The notes beneath the pieces were generated by a model that saw only the letters and a program-made list of their open reading frames with translations, did not search any database and was not told the origin of the DNA. A program made the translations under genes and the position numbers. Shown in pieces: positions 17,369 through 26,725 of a stretch of DNA of 64,000 nt (position 1 is the stretch's first letter; every line of letters begins with the position of its first letter). Origin of the DNA: an uncultured virus (IMG/VR IMGVR_UViG_3300006155_000009) (taxonomy: Duplodnaviria > Heunggongvirae > Uroviricota > Caudoviricetes). Where the stretch lies: the IMG/VR virus record IMGVR_UViG_3300006155_000009. One strand, 5' to 3'.

Positions 17369-17739
17369 TGATTGCCCTGGTGGTCAATACCAAGAATGAG
17401 ATCCGCCGGGTGGAGTATGACCCGCCCCACTATGATGTCATCAAGGAAGCTGTTGGCGGGTGGTACGAGCACGTCCACCCCATGGGCCTTGACCGGCCGT
17501 ACAGCATGATGGTGAACGAGGAGGGGTTACTGCTTGGCCTGCCGATGAATCGGCTCGGCTCGGAGCTCTATGGCACTCCCAAGCATGGCCAGCCCATTGT
17601 CGGGGACATCGTTTTCCTCAAGGACGGTTACCACGAAGGGGAGCCTGACACAGTCGGCATGACTGAGGACGAGGCCCAGCGCCTGGGCGATAAGTTTGTC
17701 AAGATGACCGGCGGCATTGTCCGCTGGGCAAAGGAATAA
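17368..17739 (+). CDS. DUF3846-like protein
   Basis: AVGGWYE..MVNEEG.L.GLPMN..IVGDIVF. Confidence 0.7.
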   Translation: MIALVVNTKNEIRRVEYDPPHYDVIKEAVGGWYEHVHPMGLDRPYSMMVNEEGLLLGLPMNRLGSELYGTPKHGQPIVGDIVFLKDGYHEGEPDTVGMTEDEAQRLGDKFVKMTGGIVRWAKE

Positions 17740-17742
17740 GGG

Positions 17743-18417
17743 GTGAAAGCTGAAATGAGTTTGAAAATCAAAAAGAAGTCCGGCTCCTCAGTGCCGCCGA
17801 TGGATGCCGGAACCTACCCGGCGGTGTGCGTCGGCATCGTTGACCTGGGGGAGCAGTACAGCGAAACCTTCAAGAAGTACAACGACAAGATGCTGGTCAT
17901 TTGGGAGATCCCCTCCCAGACCATCGAGATCGACGGCGAGGACAAGCCCCGCTGGCTCAGCAAAGACTTCTCCGCCTCCCTCCACGAGAAGAGCGGCCTC
18001 TATCAGACGCTGGTGTCCTGGCGGGGGAAGGCATTCACCGAGGCGGAACTCACGGAGGACGAGAACGGTTTCATGCAGTTTTCCGTCTTGGATATGCTGG
18101 GTACCGGCTGTTTCCTGCAGGTCATCGTGGAGGAAAAAGACAGCGGCAGCTACAACCGCATTACATCCGTTATTGCCCTGCCGGCGGGAATGGATGCACC
18201 GAAAACGGAAACCCCGCTCATCGCCTTCGACATCGATGCCTGGGATGATGAGGTATTCAACTCCCTGCCGGGGTGGATTCAGGAGCGGATCAAGAAGTCC
18301 ACCCAATATCAGAAACTCCATGTGCCCACCGACCCAGTGGATGTGGACACCAGCGGCGGGCAGAAGCCTGAAGCCGCTGCCGGCGCACAGGAGAAGAAGG
18401 AGGAAAATCCCATATGA
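17743..18417 (+). CDS. Putative ssDNA-binding/recombination-associated protein
   Basis: GTYPAVCVGIVDLGEQ.. N-terminus, acidic tail, position between ATPase and MBL nuclease. Confidence 0.55.
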   Translation: MKAEMSLKIKKKSGSSVPPMDAGTYPAVCVGIVDLGEQYSETFKKYNDKMLVIWEIPSQTIEIDGEDKPRWLSKDFSASLHEKSGLYQTLVSWRGKAFTEAELTEDENGFMQFSVLDMLGTGCFLQVIVEEKDSGSYNRITSVIALPAGMDAPKTETPLIAFDIDAWDDEVFNSLPGWIQERIKKSTQYQKLHVPTDPVDVDTSGGQKPEAAAGAQEKKEENPI

Positions 18418-19112
18418 CCTTCACCTCGCTTGCCAGCTCCTCCCATGGGAACTGCTATGTGGTCAGCGATGGCCAGACGGTGATCCTCCTGGAGTGCGGT
18501 ATCTCCTTCCGCAAAATCAAGAAGGGACTGGGCTTTGACCTTTCCAACATCCGGGCCTGCCTGGTCAGCCACGAGCACAAAGACCACGCAAAGAGCGTTA
18601 TGGACCTCATCAAATCCGGTGTGGAGGTTTTCGCAAGTGAGGGGACTGCCGACGCCTTGGGCTGCGACCTGATTTCCGCTGTAGCGGATCGGGTCCAGCT
18701 CCAGGTGGGCAGCCTGGAGATCATGCCCTTCGCAACCTTCCATGACGCTGCGGAACCGCTGGGGTTCCTGATTTACAGTCGAACGGACGGGGAGCGGCTT
18801 GTGTTCGCCACTGACACCGTTAACCTGGGCTATCGCTTTCCCGGAGTGAACCTCCTGGCGCTGGAGGCCAACTACGATGCCGCTATCCTTGCCCGTTGCG
18901 AGAGGATGCCGGAGAAGGTGAAAAAGCGCGTCACCAACAGCCACATGGAGATCAATACGCTGTGCCAGTATCTGCGCACCCTGGACTTGTCGGCCTGCCG
19001 TGCGCTGTACCTCCTGCACCTGTCCAACGCCGCCAGCAACGAGGGCAATTTCATCAACCGGGTGCGGCAAGCGGTGCCATGCCACGTCCAAGTCATCATC
19101 TGCGCAGAATAG
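18414..19112 (+). CDS. Metallo-beta-lactamase-fold hydrolase (nuclease)
   Basis: SSSHGNCY, SHEHKDH, HDAAEP, ATDT, EANYD, LHLS. Confidence 0.9.
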   Translation: MTFTSLASSSHGNCYVVSDGQTVILLECGISFRKIKKGLGFDLSNIRACLVSHEHKDHAKSVMDLIKSGVEVFASEGTADALGCDLISAVADRVQLQVGSLEIMPFATFHDAAEPLGFLIYSRTDGERLVFATDTVNLGYRFPGVNLLALEANYDAAILARCERMPEKVKKRVTNSHMEINTLCQYLRTLDLSACRALYLLHLSNAASNEGNFINRVRQAVPCHVQVIICAE

Positions 19113-19119
19113 GAGACGC

Positions 19120-19395
19120 ATGATGGGCATTACATTCGACCTGCGCACCGCCGCCGAGCAGCGGAATGGTTCAGTCTTCTCCGACGAGGAGTACCGGCTG
19201 GCCCTTCCGGAGGCGCAGCGAAAGCTGGAGCGCATCAATAACCTGTATGGAACGCGCCACGGCGAGCCTTACCTCGCCATCCTGATTTCCGAGGCGGTTC
19301 AAGCCCAGCGGCTTACCCGATACCTCAATGCCGTCTACGAGCTGAGGGAACAGGCGCGTGGGAGCGGCCCTGATCAGGGGCTTGCGCGTCCATAA
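19120..19395 (+). CDS. Hypothetical protein
   Basis: AGGAG RBS; operon continuity. Confidence 0.6.
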   Translation: MMGITFDLRTAAEQRNGSVFSDEEYRLALPEAQRKLERINNLYGTRHGEPYLAILISEAVQAQRLTRYLNAVYELREQARGSGPDQGLARP

Positions 19396-19463
19396 ACGAT
19401 ACAGGGGATTCCGGGGGGAGCAATCTCCCCGGACATTCCCACAAAAGGCGGTGAGGCAAAGGA

Positions 19464-20318
19464 ATGGCACGACCAACGAAAACCGGGCTTGACTATTACC
19501 CGATGGACGTTGGATTTCTGAGGGACAAAAAGGTAAGACTCCTTCGGTCGGAGTTTGGTGCATCCAGTGTGTTATTCGTGCTGTATGTGTTGGGCAAGGT
19601 CTATGAGGGAGATGGATACTTCCTACGGTGGGACAAAGACGAACTTCTGCTGGCGGCTGATGAGCTGCGGGAGCAACCCACCTACATAAGCGAGGTACTG
19701 CAAGGGTGTCTGACACGTTCGCTTTTCGATGAGCGGGTCTTTCAGATGTTCGGCGTACTGACAAGCGCGGGTATCCAGCGTCGCTACCTTCGCGGCTGCG
19801 AAAAGCGCGACGTCATAACAGTTTTTAGCGAATACTGGCTACTGAACACCTGTTCTAAATCGGATGTTCCGGCCGGTATTCGTGCGAAGCTTACCCTAAT
19901 TAGCGTAGCAGGGGGAAATAATGACGTTAATTCCCCCGGAAACTCTGAAAACTCCCCCGGAAATCCCCAAAGTAAAGTAAAGGAAAGTAAAGTAAAGGAA
20001 AGTAGAGTGTTGGGCGGTGCGCCGGCGGCGCCCGCCCCCCCACACACGCCGTCCGAAGGGGAGAATTTGGGGACTGGTTTTGTGCCGCCGACGGTGGAAG
20101 AGGTTGCTGAATACGTGCGTTCTCGCGGCAGCTGTGTTGATCCACAGGTCTGGGTTGACTACTATGCGGCAAGGGGCTGGATGACGGGTAGGGCCGTTAT
20201 GAAGGACTGGAGGGCGGCGGTCAGAGCATCTGAAACCTGGGAGCGATGGCAAAAGCCTGGAGGCAGAAGGGACGTCAAGACACCCTCGGATTATGAGAGT
20301 GGAGAAAGTTTTGTGTGA
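19464..20318 (+). CDS. Replication initiator (DUF4373/Lin1244-like)
   Basis: MARPTKTGLDYYPMD..VLTSAGIQRRY; C-terminal PPTVEEV..GW..MKDWRAA; upstream of a DnaC-like gene. Confidence 0.85.
   Translation: MARPTKTGLDYYPMDVGFLRDKKVRLLRSEFGASSVLFVLYVLGKVYEGDGYFLRWDKDELLLAADELREQPTYISEVLQGCLTRSLFDERVFQMFGVLTSAGIQRRYLRGCEKRDVITVFSEYWLLNTCSKSDVPAGIRAKLTLISVAGGNNDVNSPGNSENSPGNPQSKVKESKVKESRVLGGAPAAPAPPHTPSEGENLGTGFVPPTVEEVAEYVRSRGSCVDPQVWVDYYAARGWMTGRAVMKDWRAAVRASETWERWQKPGGRRDVKTPSDYESGESFV
19910..20007. repeat. Iteron-like repeats, probable replication origin within the initiator gene
   Basis: TCCCCCGGAAA x2 and AAAGTAAAGTAAAGG x2. Confidence 0.6.
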
Positions 20319-20329
20319 GGTGAGAAAAG

Positions 20330-21166
20330 GTGCTGGATGTTATTCAAGGGCTGATGGAAACCCATGAGGAGCCCGGTGATTATGTTGGTGAGGATGGGCT
20401 GCTGTTCTGCGGGAAATGCCACACGCCCAAGCAGACGCGCCTGCCATTTAACCCGCTCACTGGGGACAGGGTGGAAACCGTTGTTCGGGCTGCCTGCCAG
20501 TGCCAGCGTGAGGCTGATGAGGAGGCCGAGCGGCGGGCCGTGCGCGAACGGTTCCAAATGGACATGGCGCGGCGCCGCGAGGATGGCCTCTCCTGCCCGG
20601 ATGGGCTCCGATATACCTTTGCCCAGGATGACCGGCAACAGCCGAAGGTGTCCGACGCCTGCCAGCGGTATGTAGAGTACTGGGAGGAGATGAAAGCGAA
20701 CAACATCGGGGTGCTGTTCTACGGCAGCGTTGGCACGGGAAAGAGCTTCCTGGCCTCCTGCATCGGGAACGGCCTGCTGGATCGGCAGGTCCCGGTGGCG
20801 GCCACCAACTTCCCCCGGCTGCTGAACCTGCTCCAGGGCACCTACGAAAAGCAAGCCCTCCTTGACCGCCTTTCGATTTACAAGCTCCTGATCGTAGATG
20901 ACCTGGGCGTGGAGCGGGACAGCGCCTACGCTGAAGAACAGATTTTCAACATCATCGACGCCCGGAGCAATTCGGAACTGCCGGTGATCGTGACCACCAA
21001 TTTGACGCTGGAGGAGATGGAGCACCCCACCACCATGCAGTACGCCCGAATCTATGACCGGGTTCTGGCAATGTGCCCCATCCGCCTCAAGCTGGCTGGG
21101 GAGAGCCGGAGAAAGGCCAATGCCTCCGAGCGTGAGCAGCTGGCAAGGAAGATTCTCCTCGGCTGA
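20330..21166 (+). CDS. DnaC/IstB-like ATPase (helicase loader)
   Basis: GSVGTGKS, LLIVDDLG, IVTTN, RIYDR. Confidence 0.9.
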   Translation: MLDVIQGLMETHEEPGDYVGEDGLLFCGKCHTPKQTRLPFNPLTGDRVETVVRAACQCQREADEEAERRAVRERFQMDMARRREDGLSCPDGLRYTFAQDDRQQPKVSDACQRYVEYWEEMKANNIGVLFYGSVGTGKSFLASCIGNGLLDRQVPVAATNFPRLLNLLQGTYEKQALLDRLSIYKLLIVDDLGVERDSAYAEEQIFNIIDARSNSELPVIVTTNLTLEEMEHPTTMQYARIYDRVLAMCPIRLKLAGESRRKANASEREQLARKILLG

Positions 21167-21184
21167 GAACACAGGGAGGACAAA

Positions 21185-21346
21185 ATGCTGATATTGACAT
21201 TTCAAGTGAACTGTGCCGCCTGGCACATTCCAGGCATCAAGGAGGCCATCGCCATGCTGCTGGAGCGGTGGGGTGATGTCCGGCTGGTCGATGTCCGGGA
21301 GGCCCAATGGCCCACGCAGGAACAGATGAAGATTGGAAACACCTAA
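21185..21346 (+). CDS. Small hypothetical protein (53 aa, not in ORF track)
   Basis: GGAGG RBS; MLILTFQVNC.. Confidence 0.55.
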   Translation: MLILTFQVNCAAWHIPGIKEAIAMLLERWGDVRLVDVREAQWPTQEQMKIGNT

Positions 21347-21355
21347 TACTGGTGG

Positions 21356-21381
21356 CAAATCCCAAAACGTTTGTGAATTTG
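21356..21381. repeat. 26-bp palindrome copy 3
   Basis: CAAATCCCAAAACGTTTGTGAATTTG, abutting the RBS of 21395. Confidence 0.7.
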
Positions 21382-21394
21382 GAGGTTTTACAAA

Positions 21395-21829
21395 ATGACA
21401 GCGAAAGAATTAGCTGAGATGCTCGACCGCCGGGAGGTCGGCGAGGAGATTGAATGGGGCGAGGAACGGGATATCAAGGATGCCGGTCTGGTTGCGGTCT
21501 ACGGCTATTCCGACGATAACATGGAGTTCCGTGGGGCCATTAACTACGAGGCCGGTTCCTATGATGGCGGTACCGTCTACCTCACCAAGAATGGCATACT
21601 TGAGGGGCCGGCCTGCTCCTGCGCTGAGGACTGCGAGTGTCCCTACTTCACCAAGGAGCGGGAGAAGTCCAAAACCATTAGAGGCGTGTGGCACGACGAG
21701 GGCGGCCCCTACTGGACCTTCGAGACCGACATCCCCCACGAGACGTTCACCATCATGGAGGACGGCGAACCGTGGTGCATCGGGATCGTGTTCAGCATGG
21801 CGGATCTGGAGGACAAGGAGACGTTATGA
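21395..21829 (+). CDS. Conserved phage hypothetical protein
   Basis: GGAGG RBS; GYSDDNMEFRGAI..TDIPHETF. Confidence 0.8.
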   Translation: MTAKELAEMLDRREVGEEIEWGEERDIKDAGLVAVYGYSDDNMEFRGAINYEAGSYDGGTVYLTKNGILEGPACSCAEDCECPYFTKEREKSKTIRGVWHDEGGPYWTFETDIPHETFTIMEDGEPWCIGIVFSMADLEDKETL

Positions 21830-22353
21830 AGATTCTGGATATAGTAAAGTTCAACAGCGGAGTGGCGTTTGTCGTTGATAAAATGCCCGTCTTGACATAC
21901 GAGAAGATGGTCGCTCCAACCTCAGCCTGCGAAGGCAAGTACGAAAAATTTGTATTTGCGGGGAGGGAGTTTCTGATTGGATCTGACGAAAGCGGTGTGT
22001 TCTACGATGTCCTGTATCACAGGAAAGAAAGCGGGCCCAAAGCGTTCGGCGGTCACGTGTTTTCGCACCCGCTGAAAGATGGCGGAACATTTACGACAGA
22101 CGGCTGGTGGTGGGACGGAGGTTCAACCGTGGCGGCGAGGATGCTCGGAATTGAGATGGGCAGAGTAACAATTCAAGACCGCACATCTCTCGAAAAATGT
22201 TTCGTTTTCACTGCACAGTACATGGATGTGAAGATGTTCGATGAGCGGTTGTATCATCCGTTTTTGGAAGAACGCGGGAAAATTGAGCCACGGGATTACC
22301 ATGAGTTTGAGTGTGAACTGAGATTTACGAAAAGACAGGAGAGGTCATTGTGA
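21826..22353 (+). CDS. Hypothetical protein (lower GC)
   Basis: AAGGAG RBS; ATGA overlap with the previous gene. Confidence 0.7.
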   Translation: MKILDIVKFNSGVAFVVDKMPVLTYEKMVAPTSACEGKYEKFVFAGREFLIGSDESGVFYDVLYHRKESGPKAFGGHVFSHPLKDGGTFTTDGWWWDGGSTVAARMLGIEMGRVTIQDRTSLEKCFVFTAQYMDVKMFDERLYHPFLEERGKIEPRDYHEFECELRFTKRQERSL

Positions 22354-22537
22354 GTTTTTCTAAGCGGTCTGACCGGAGGGAAGCGTCGTGAAATACTGCT
22401 GCAATGAGTGCAAAAACAAGGACTGCCCAGTTAACTACAAAAACGCGCCCAAGGGAGCGCCGATTCAGCTCGCTGCCCTCTGCGGCTCGAAACAATGCAC
22501 GGGCTACAAGCGTCCGTGAGGTGATGGAGGAATCATC

Positions 22538-23084
22538 ATGAGTTTTTCAATCGAACTGCCCCAAACCTACACATTTTCCCTTTGCATCGACCAGGGAGGC
22601 CACACCATTGTTGACACAACGGTCGAAGTGCCGGACACCAGAGAGGGAATTGCCAGAGCAAAGAGAACCGTCCAGCGCCTGATGAACGAGTACGCCCCGA
22701 CTCCCAAGGCGCCGGAGCCGGCGGGACTGAACCCGGAGAGCCAGCCCCCCCGCCGACCTGTTGCCGGCAGCGGAGACTGCACCCACCCCGCCCCCGGAGA
22801 AAAAGCCGGAAGGGGCGCGGGGACTGCTTCGCCTCCACTGCCCGGAGTGTGGGAACACCTTCGGGACATTCCTGCGGGAGTACCAGACCGAGATAGAGTG
22901 CAAATGCGGCCACCACATCGACCTCACGGGCCAGCTTGGCCGGTACCACGCCACCTGTCCGTACTGCCAGCATGAGAGCTGGGGCAAGACCAACAGCGAG
23001 GAACCAGTGGTTGAAGTTCAGTGCAAGTGCAAAGAGATGATTCGGCTTCAATGGGTACCGGAAGCCAGAGAATATCAGAACTGA
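22538..23084 (+). pseudogene. Zn-finger protein split by a frameshift at the C7 tract
   Basis: Removing one C from 22745-22751 fuses the 22538 ORF to the Cys-rich 22761-23084 ORF. Confidence 0.6.
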
Positions 23085-23099
23085 AGAAAGGCGAGGAGG

Positions 23100-23327
23100 T
23101 TGCCCAGAATGCCTAAGAAATACATCGACAGCCGCGGTTGGAAGTACCAGGTCATGCCTGGCCTTGGTGAGAACACCTTTAAGGCCCGGTACCAGCGGTC
23201 GGAGAAACAAGGCGATGTTGGCTGGAAAGGGCTGGCTGCCGTCCCGTGGCGCGGAAGCCGTGAGGAAGCCCAGACCGACCTTGACCAGCTGGCCGAGAAG
23301 AAAGGGTGGGCGGAATGGAACGGTTGA
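23100..23327 (+). CDS. Hypothetical protein
   Basis: RBS; operon continuity. Confidence 0.65.
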   Translation: MPRMPKKYIDSRGWKYQVMPGLGENTFKARYQRSEKQGDVGWKGLAAVPWRGSREEAQTDLDQLAEKKGWAEWNG

Positions 23328-23995
23328 CAAGCAGAGAGCCGAGGATCAGCGGGATGCCGGGTGTGTGTTGCACCCATTTCGAAGGTGGAGACTGCCAAGC
23401 CATACAAGGGCATTGCGCTGATGGGTGTGCATGGGAAGAGGCCGCATGGGAACGGCTGGCGGCGTATGAGGACACCGGGCTGGAGCCGGAGGAGGTAGCG
23501 GAACGGCTCCGGACGTGCAAGGAGCTGGTACAAATTTTCGAGCGTGCGGACCTCTATAACGGGATTGGACCCATTGAACACATCTGTGAGCTTTCCCAGG
23601 CCGAGAAGGACGGGCGGCTGGTGATGTTGCCGGATGCCAAGTATACCGATGCGGATGGGGAGAAAGCCCTGCAGAAAGCTATGTGGGTCTGTGGCAACAC
23701 GAACAACCCGGTCACACGATACACCGCCGATGCTATTGCTGAAAAGCTGTGCCGGGAGGCGAGGGACGAGAACCCGCCGCTGACCCTGGAGGAGCTACGG
23801 GAGATGGACGGGGAGCCGGTTTGGATTGAGTGGGGAGGACACCCGCAAGCGGGGTGGGCGTTGGTTCGGGTATGGTCGAAAGCGAGTAATGTCGTCTATC
23901 TGACATACCACAATGGGAATACGGATTTGCTTGGATTCGTGCTGAATGATGGTGGAAAAATCTACCGCCGCAGGCCGGAGGAGAGAATGACATGA
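23315..23995 (+). CDS. Mosaic phage hypothetical protein
   Basis: MERLT..RLAAYEDTGLEPEEV plus a PLTLEELREMDGEPVW module. Confidence 0.75.
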   Translation: MERLTSREPRISGMPGVCCTHFEGGDCQAIQGHCADGCAWEEAAWERLAAYEDTGLEPEEVAERLRTCKELVQIFERADLYNGIGPIEHICELSQAEKDGRLVMLPDAKYTDADGEKALQKAMWVCGNTNNPVTRYTADAIAEKLCREARDENPPLTLEELREMDGEPVWIEWGGHPQAGWALVRVWSKASNVVYLTYHNGNTDLLGFVLNDGGKIYRRRPEERMT

Positions 23996-24098
23996 CAGCT
24001 GACTGGTTATGGATTGGCTATGTGATTGGCTTCGTGACGGCTGACTGGATTTTGCCGGCTATTGGCGAGTGGCTGGATAAGAGAAGGGGGAAGAAACC

Positions 24099-24551
24099 GT
24101 GAAGGCGCTCACCATCTGGCAGCCCTGGGCTTCTCTGCTGGCATCCGGTCGGAAGAAGTACGAAACCCGCAGCTGGGCCACCTCCTATCGCGGCCCCATC
24201 GCTATCCATGCGGCTAAGCGGCCGGTGCGTCAGACTATCGACGCGCTGGTCGCTGACCGCGGGGACGGGTGGACCACGCTGGACTACTTTGAGAGCCTGT
24301 TCATGCGGCCTGGGGAGCTGGACCATCTGCCTACCGGGGCTGTCGTGGGAACGGCACTCCTGACCCGCTGCCACCTTATCACAGAGGACTTCGTGGCGAA
24401 GCTCACGCCCATGGAGCGCGCCCTGGGGGATTTCACCCTGGGGCGGTACGCCTGGGAGTTTCACGGGAGAGTTCCCCTTGACTCGCCGATACCGGCAAAA
24501 GGGATGCAGGGGCTTTGGGAGCTGAATCTGAAGGAGGAAATGCTATGTTGA
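24099..24551 (+). CDS. ASCH domain protein
   Basis: ALTIWQPWASLL..GRKKYETRSW..YRGPIAIHA..GMQGLW. Confidence 0.9.
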   Translation: MKALTIWQPWASLLASGRKKYETRSWATSYRGPIAIHAAKRPVRQTIDALVADRGDGWTTLDYFESLFMRPGELDHLPTGAVVGTALLTRCHLITEDFVAKLTPMERALGDFTLGRYAWEFHGRVPLDSPIPAKGMQGLWELNLKEEMLC

Positions 24552-24862
24552 TTGTAAGCCAAAACAGGAAATGCCTGCTCAACATGGAGAGGGCTGGAAC
24601 TGTTTTCCTTTCGTCCCTCTATGGAGGTCATGAGGAGGGGGAGCCTGTCAAGGTGCTGGCCTCCTTCCCTCTGGCCGAGGATGTCACCGAGAGCCTGGGG
24701 GAGTACGAGAGCGAGGCCAGGGCCATGGAGGTGCTGGAGGAAATCGCTGACGAGTACGGTAAGTATCTGAGGGCCGATGGCGGACTCCTCGCCACGGCAA
24801 ACTTCTACGCACCGCCATTCGCCTTTGCTCCGCCGAAGATCTACAAGATGCCGTTGGAGTGA
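24545..24862 (+). CDS. Hypothetical protein
   Basis: MLIVSQN..LGEYESEARAMEVL; AAGGAGG RBS. Confidence 0.7.
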   Translation: MLIVSQNRKCLLNMERAGTVFLSSLYGGHEEGEPVKVLASFPLAEDVTESLGEYESEARAMEVLEEIADEYGKYLRADGGLLATANFYAPPFAFAPPKIYKMPLE

Positions 24863-24880
24863 GGGGGGGGGAGAAGGCAG

Positions 24881-25117
24881 TTGAAAATTACGAGTTTTCA
24901 AGCGGCGAACTTCACCGGCTACGCTGGCGAGCGTTTCAGATTCCAGACGCTGGATGATAACGGGGAGCCCGTGGGTCCCGTCCTGACCGGTGAGGTTAGA
25001 AGGGTGTTCCGGCAGGGGCGGCAAATCTCCGTGGAGCTCTATATCCCGGACAAGCACTGTACCCACATTAACGAGGCAAAACGAATCTACTACAAGGGGA
25101 GGGCCGCGAATAAATGA
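24881..25117 (+). CDS. Hypothetical protein
   Basis: Operon continuity. Confidence 0.55.
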   Translation: MKITSFQAANFTGYAGERFRFQTLDDNGEPVGPVLTGEVRRVFRQGRQISVELYIPDKHCTHINEAKRIYYKGRAANK

Positions 25118-25881
25118 GAAAAGCAATCGCAATCGACTTTGACGGGTGCCTCTGCACTGACACCTACCCGGAGATTGGGGAACCAAACTGGCCTGTTATC
25201 AGACGAGCCCGGGCGGAGCAGCGGGCCGGGGCTGGCCTGATCCTCTGGACCTGCCGGGAGGATCAGCTTCTCCTGGACGCCATTGCTGCCTGTGGGGGCT
25301 GGGGCCTGACCTTCGATGCCGTGAACGAGAGCCTGCCGGACTGGATTGAGGAATTCGGAACCCGCCCCCGGAAGATCGGTGCGACCGAGTATTGGGACGA
25401 CAAAGCGGCGCGGATTCCTACAACGCAGCGATTCTTTGTGGGTGGGGCCGGCGACGGTTCCATAGAGCTGTTCGAGCCCGTTCCGGGCAACGAGAACATG
25501 AACTTGAAGCCTTGCCCATTCTGCGGAGGAACCAGCATATTCTACGAAAGGTATGGCAGCCCGGCAGGCGAACGGTGGCGCTGCTGGTGCGCTGAGTGCC
25601 TTGCTGGTATTGACCCAGGCGTAGCGCAGGAGATGGGGCAGGTTCGGGAGATGTGGAACAAAAGGGCTGTACCGTCAAACCTTCCCCTAACCCTGGACCA
25701 GCTTCGGGAGATGGACGGGGAGCCGGTATGCATTGCCCCGGTAGATGGAGGCCCATATACATGGATGCTGGTCGATACGAAATACGAGGTTTGCCGTGAA
25801 GCACACGGCGGCTTGGCGGTATTCGAGAACCTTGGCAAGACCTGGGTGGCTTACCGCCACAAACCGGAGAATGGGGCATGA
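25114..25881 (+). CDS. HAD-like hydrolase fused to a Lar-like zinc finger
   Basis: IAIDFDG..WTCR..K..YWDDKA; LKPCPFCGG..C..C..WNKR. Confidence 0.75.
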   Translation: MRKAIAIDFDGCLCTDTYPEIGEPNWPVIRRARAEQRAGAGLILWTCREDQLLLDAIAACGGWGLTFDAVNESLPDWIEEFGTRPRKIGATEYWDDKAARIPTTQRFFVGGAGDGSIELFEPVPGNENMNLKPCPFCGGTSIFYERYGSPAGERWRCWCAECLAGIDPGVAQEMGQVREMWNKRAVPSNLPLTLDQLREMDGEPVCIAPVDGGPYTWMLVDTKYEVCREAHGGLAVFENLGKTWVAYRHKPENGA

Positions 25882-26042
25882 GCAGAAGAAGTGGGAACAG
25901 CCGGGGCGGGATGCAGTCCGCTGGTGCGCATCCGTCCATCTACTGCCCGGTCTGCCGGAAACCTGCGGCCAGATATGAGCCGGGGGTCGGCTGGATGCAC
26001 TTCACGAAAACTGGCTCGGTTTGGCACAAAGAGAAACCGGGC

Positions 26043-26068
26043 CAAAATCCCAAACGTCTGGGATTTTG
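26043..26068. repeat. 26-bp palindrome copy 4
   Basis: CAAAATCCCAAACGTCTGGGATTTTG (one central mismatch from a perfect palindrome). Confidence 0.85.
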
Positions 26069-26099
26069 AAGGAATACATAGCACGGAGGGGCTGGTGGC

Positions 26100-26498
26100 A
26101 TGACGCTGCAGGAACTATCGAAATACTACAAGCTACATGAGCGGTTAGAGCGGAACCGGGAGATGCTCGCGTCCCTGTACGCAGCGGCAGGGCCGGGGGC
26201 GCAGGTGATCACGGGGATGCCCCATGCGCCGGGAGTGTCGGACAAAGTGGGTGACTTGGCCATCGAGATCGGGGATCTGCAGAGCCGGATCGACCATCTC
26301 GAATCGAAGTGTGCCGAGGAGAAGAAAAAGCTGGAGAAGTACATCGGTGCCATCAAAGACGACCAGACCCGTATGATCTTCCGCCTGCGGTTCATCCACT
26401 GCATGACCTGGCTCCAGGTGGCCGAGGCCATCGGCGGCCGGAACACAGCCAACAGCGTCAAGCTGATCTGCCATCGCTACCTGAACCCCAAAAGTTGA
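26100..26498 (+). CDS. RinA/ArpU-like late transcriptional activator
   Basis: ITGMPHA..RMIFRLRFI..TWLQVAEAIG; last gene of the early operon. Confidence 0.75.
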   Translation: MTLQELSKYYKLHERLERNREMLASLYAAAGPGAQVITGMPHAPGVSDKVGDLAIEIGDLQSRIDHLESKCAEEKKKLEKYIGAIKDDQTRMIFRLRFIHCMTWLQVAEAIGGRNTANSVKLICHRYLNPKS

Positions 26499-26551
26499 AA
26501 CGGCGTGAAACGCTGTGAAACTTGACGAAACGCGCCTCTCCGTGATATGGT
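26496..26551 (+). promoter_or_regulatory. Putative late promoter with four phased GAAAC repeats
   Basis: (T/C)GAAAC at 26496, 26506, 26516, 26526; TTGACG-18-TATGGT with TG extension. Confidence 0.65.
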
Positions 26552-26725
26552 AGGCTTGCGAAAATCCTAAATCAGCCAGGCGGTCCTCCTCCGGGAGGGC
26601 CGCCATCCTTTTTGAAGGGAGGTTTTTGGCTCCGCGCTTTCTCTCCTTTGCGCGTGGTCTTGCATCGGGTACGGCGACCGCCAGAGCCGTTACAGCGGTG
26701 ACAGACGACAAAAGGAGGCTTCACG

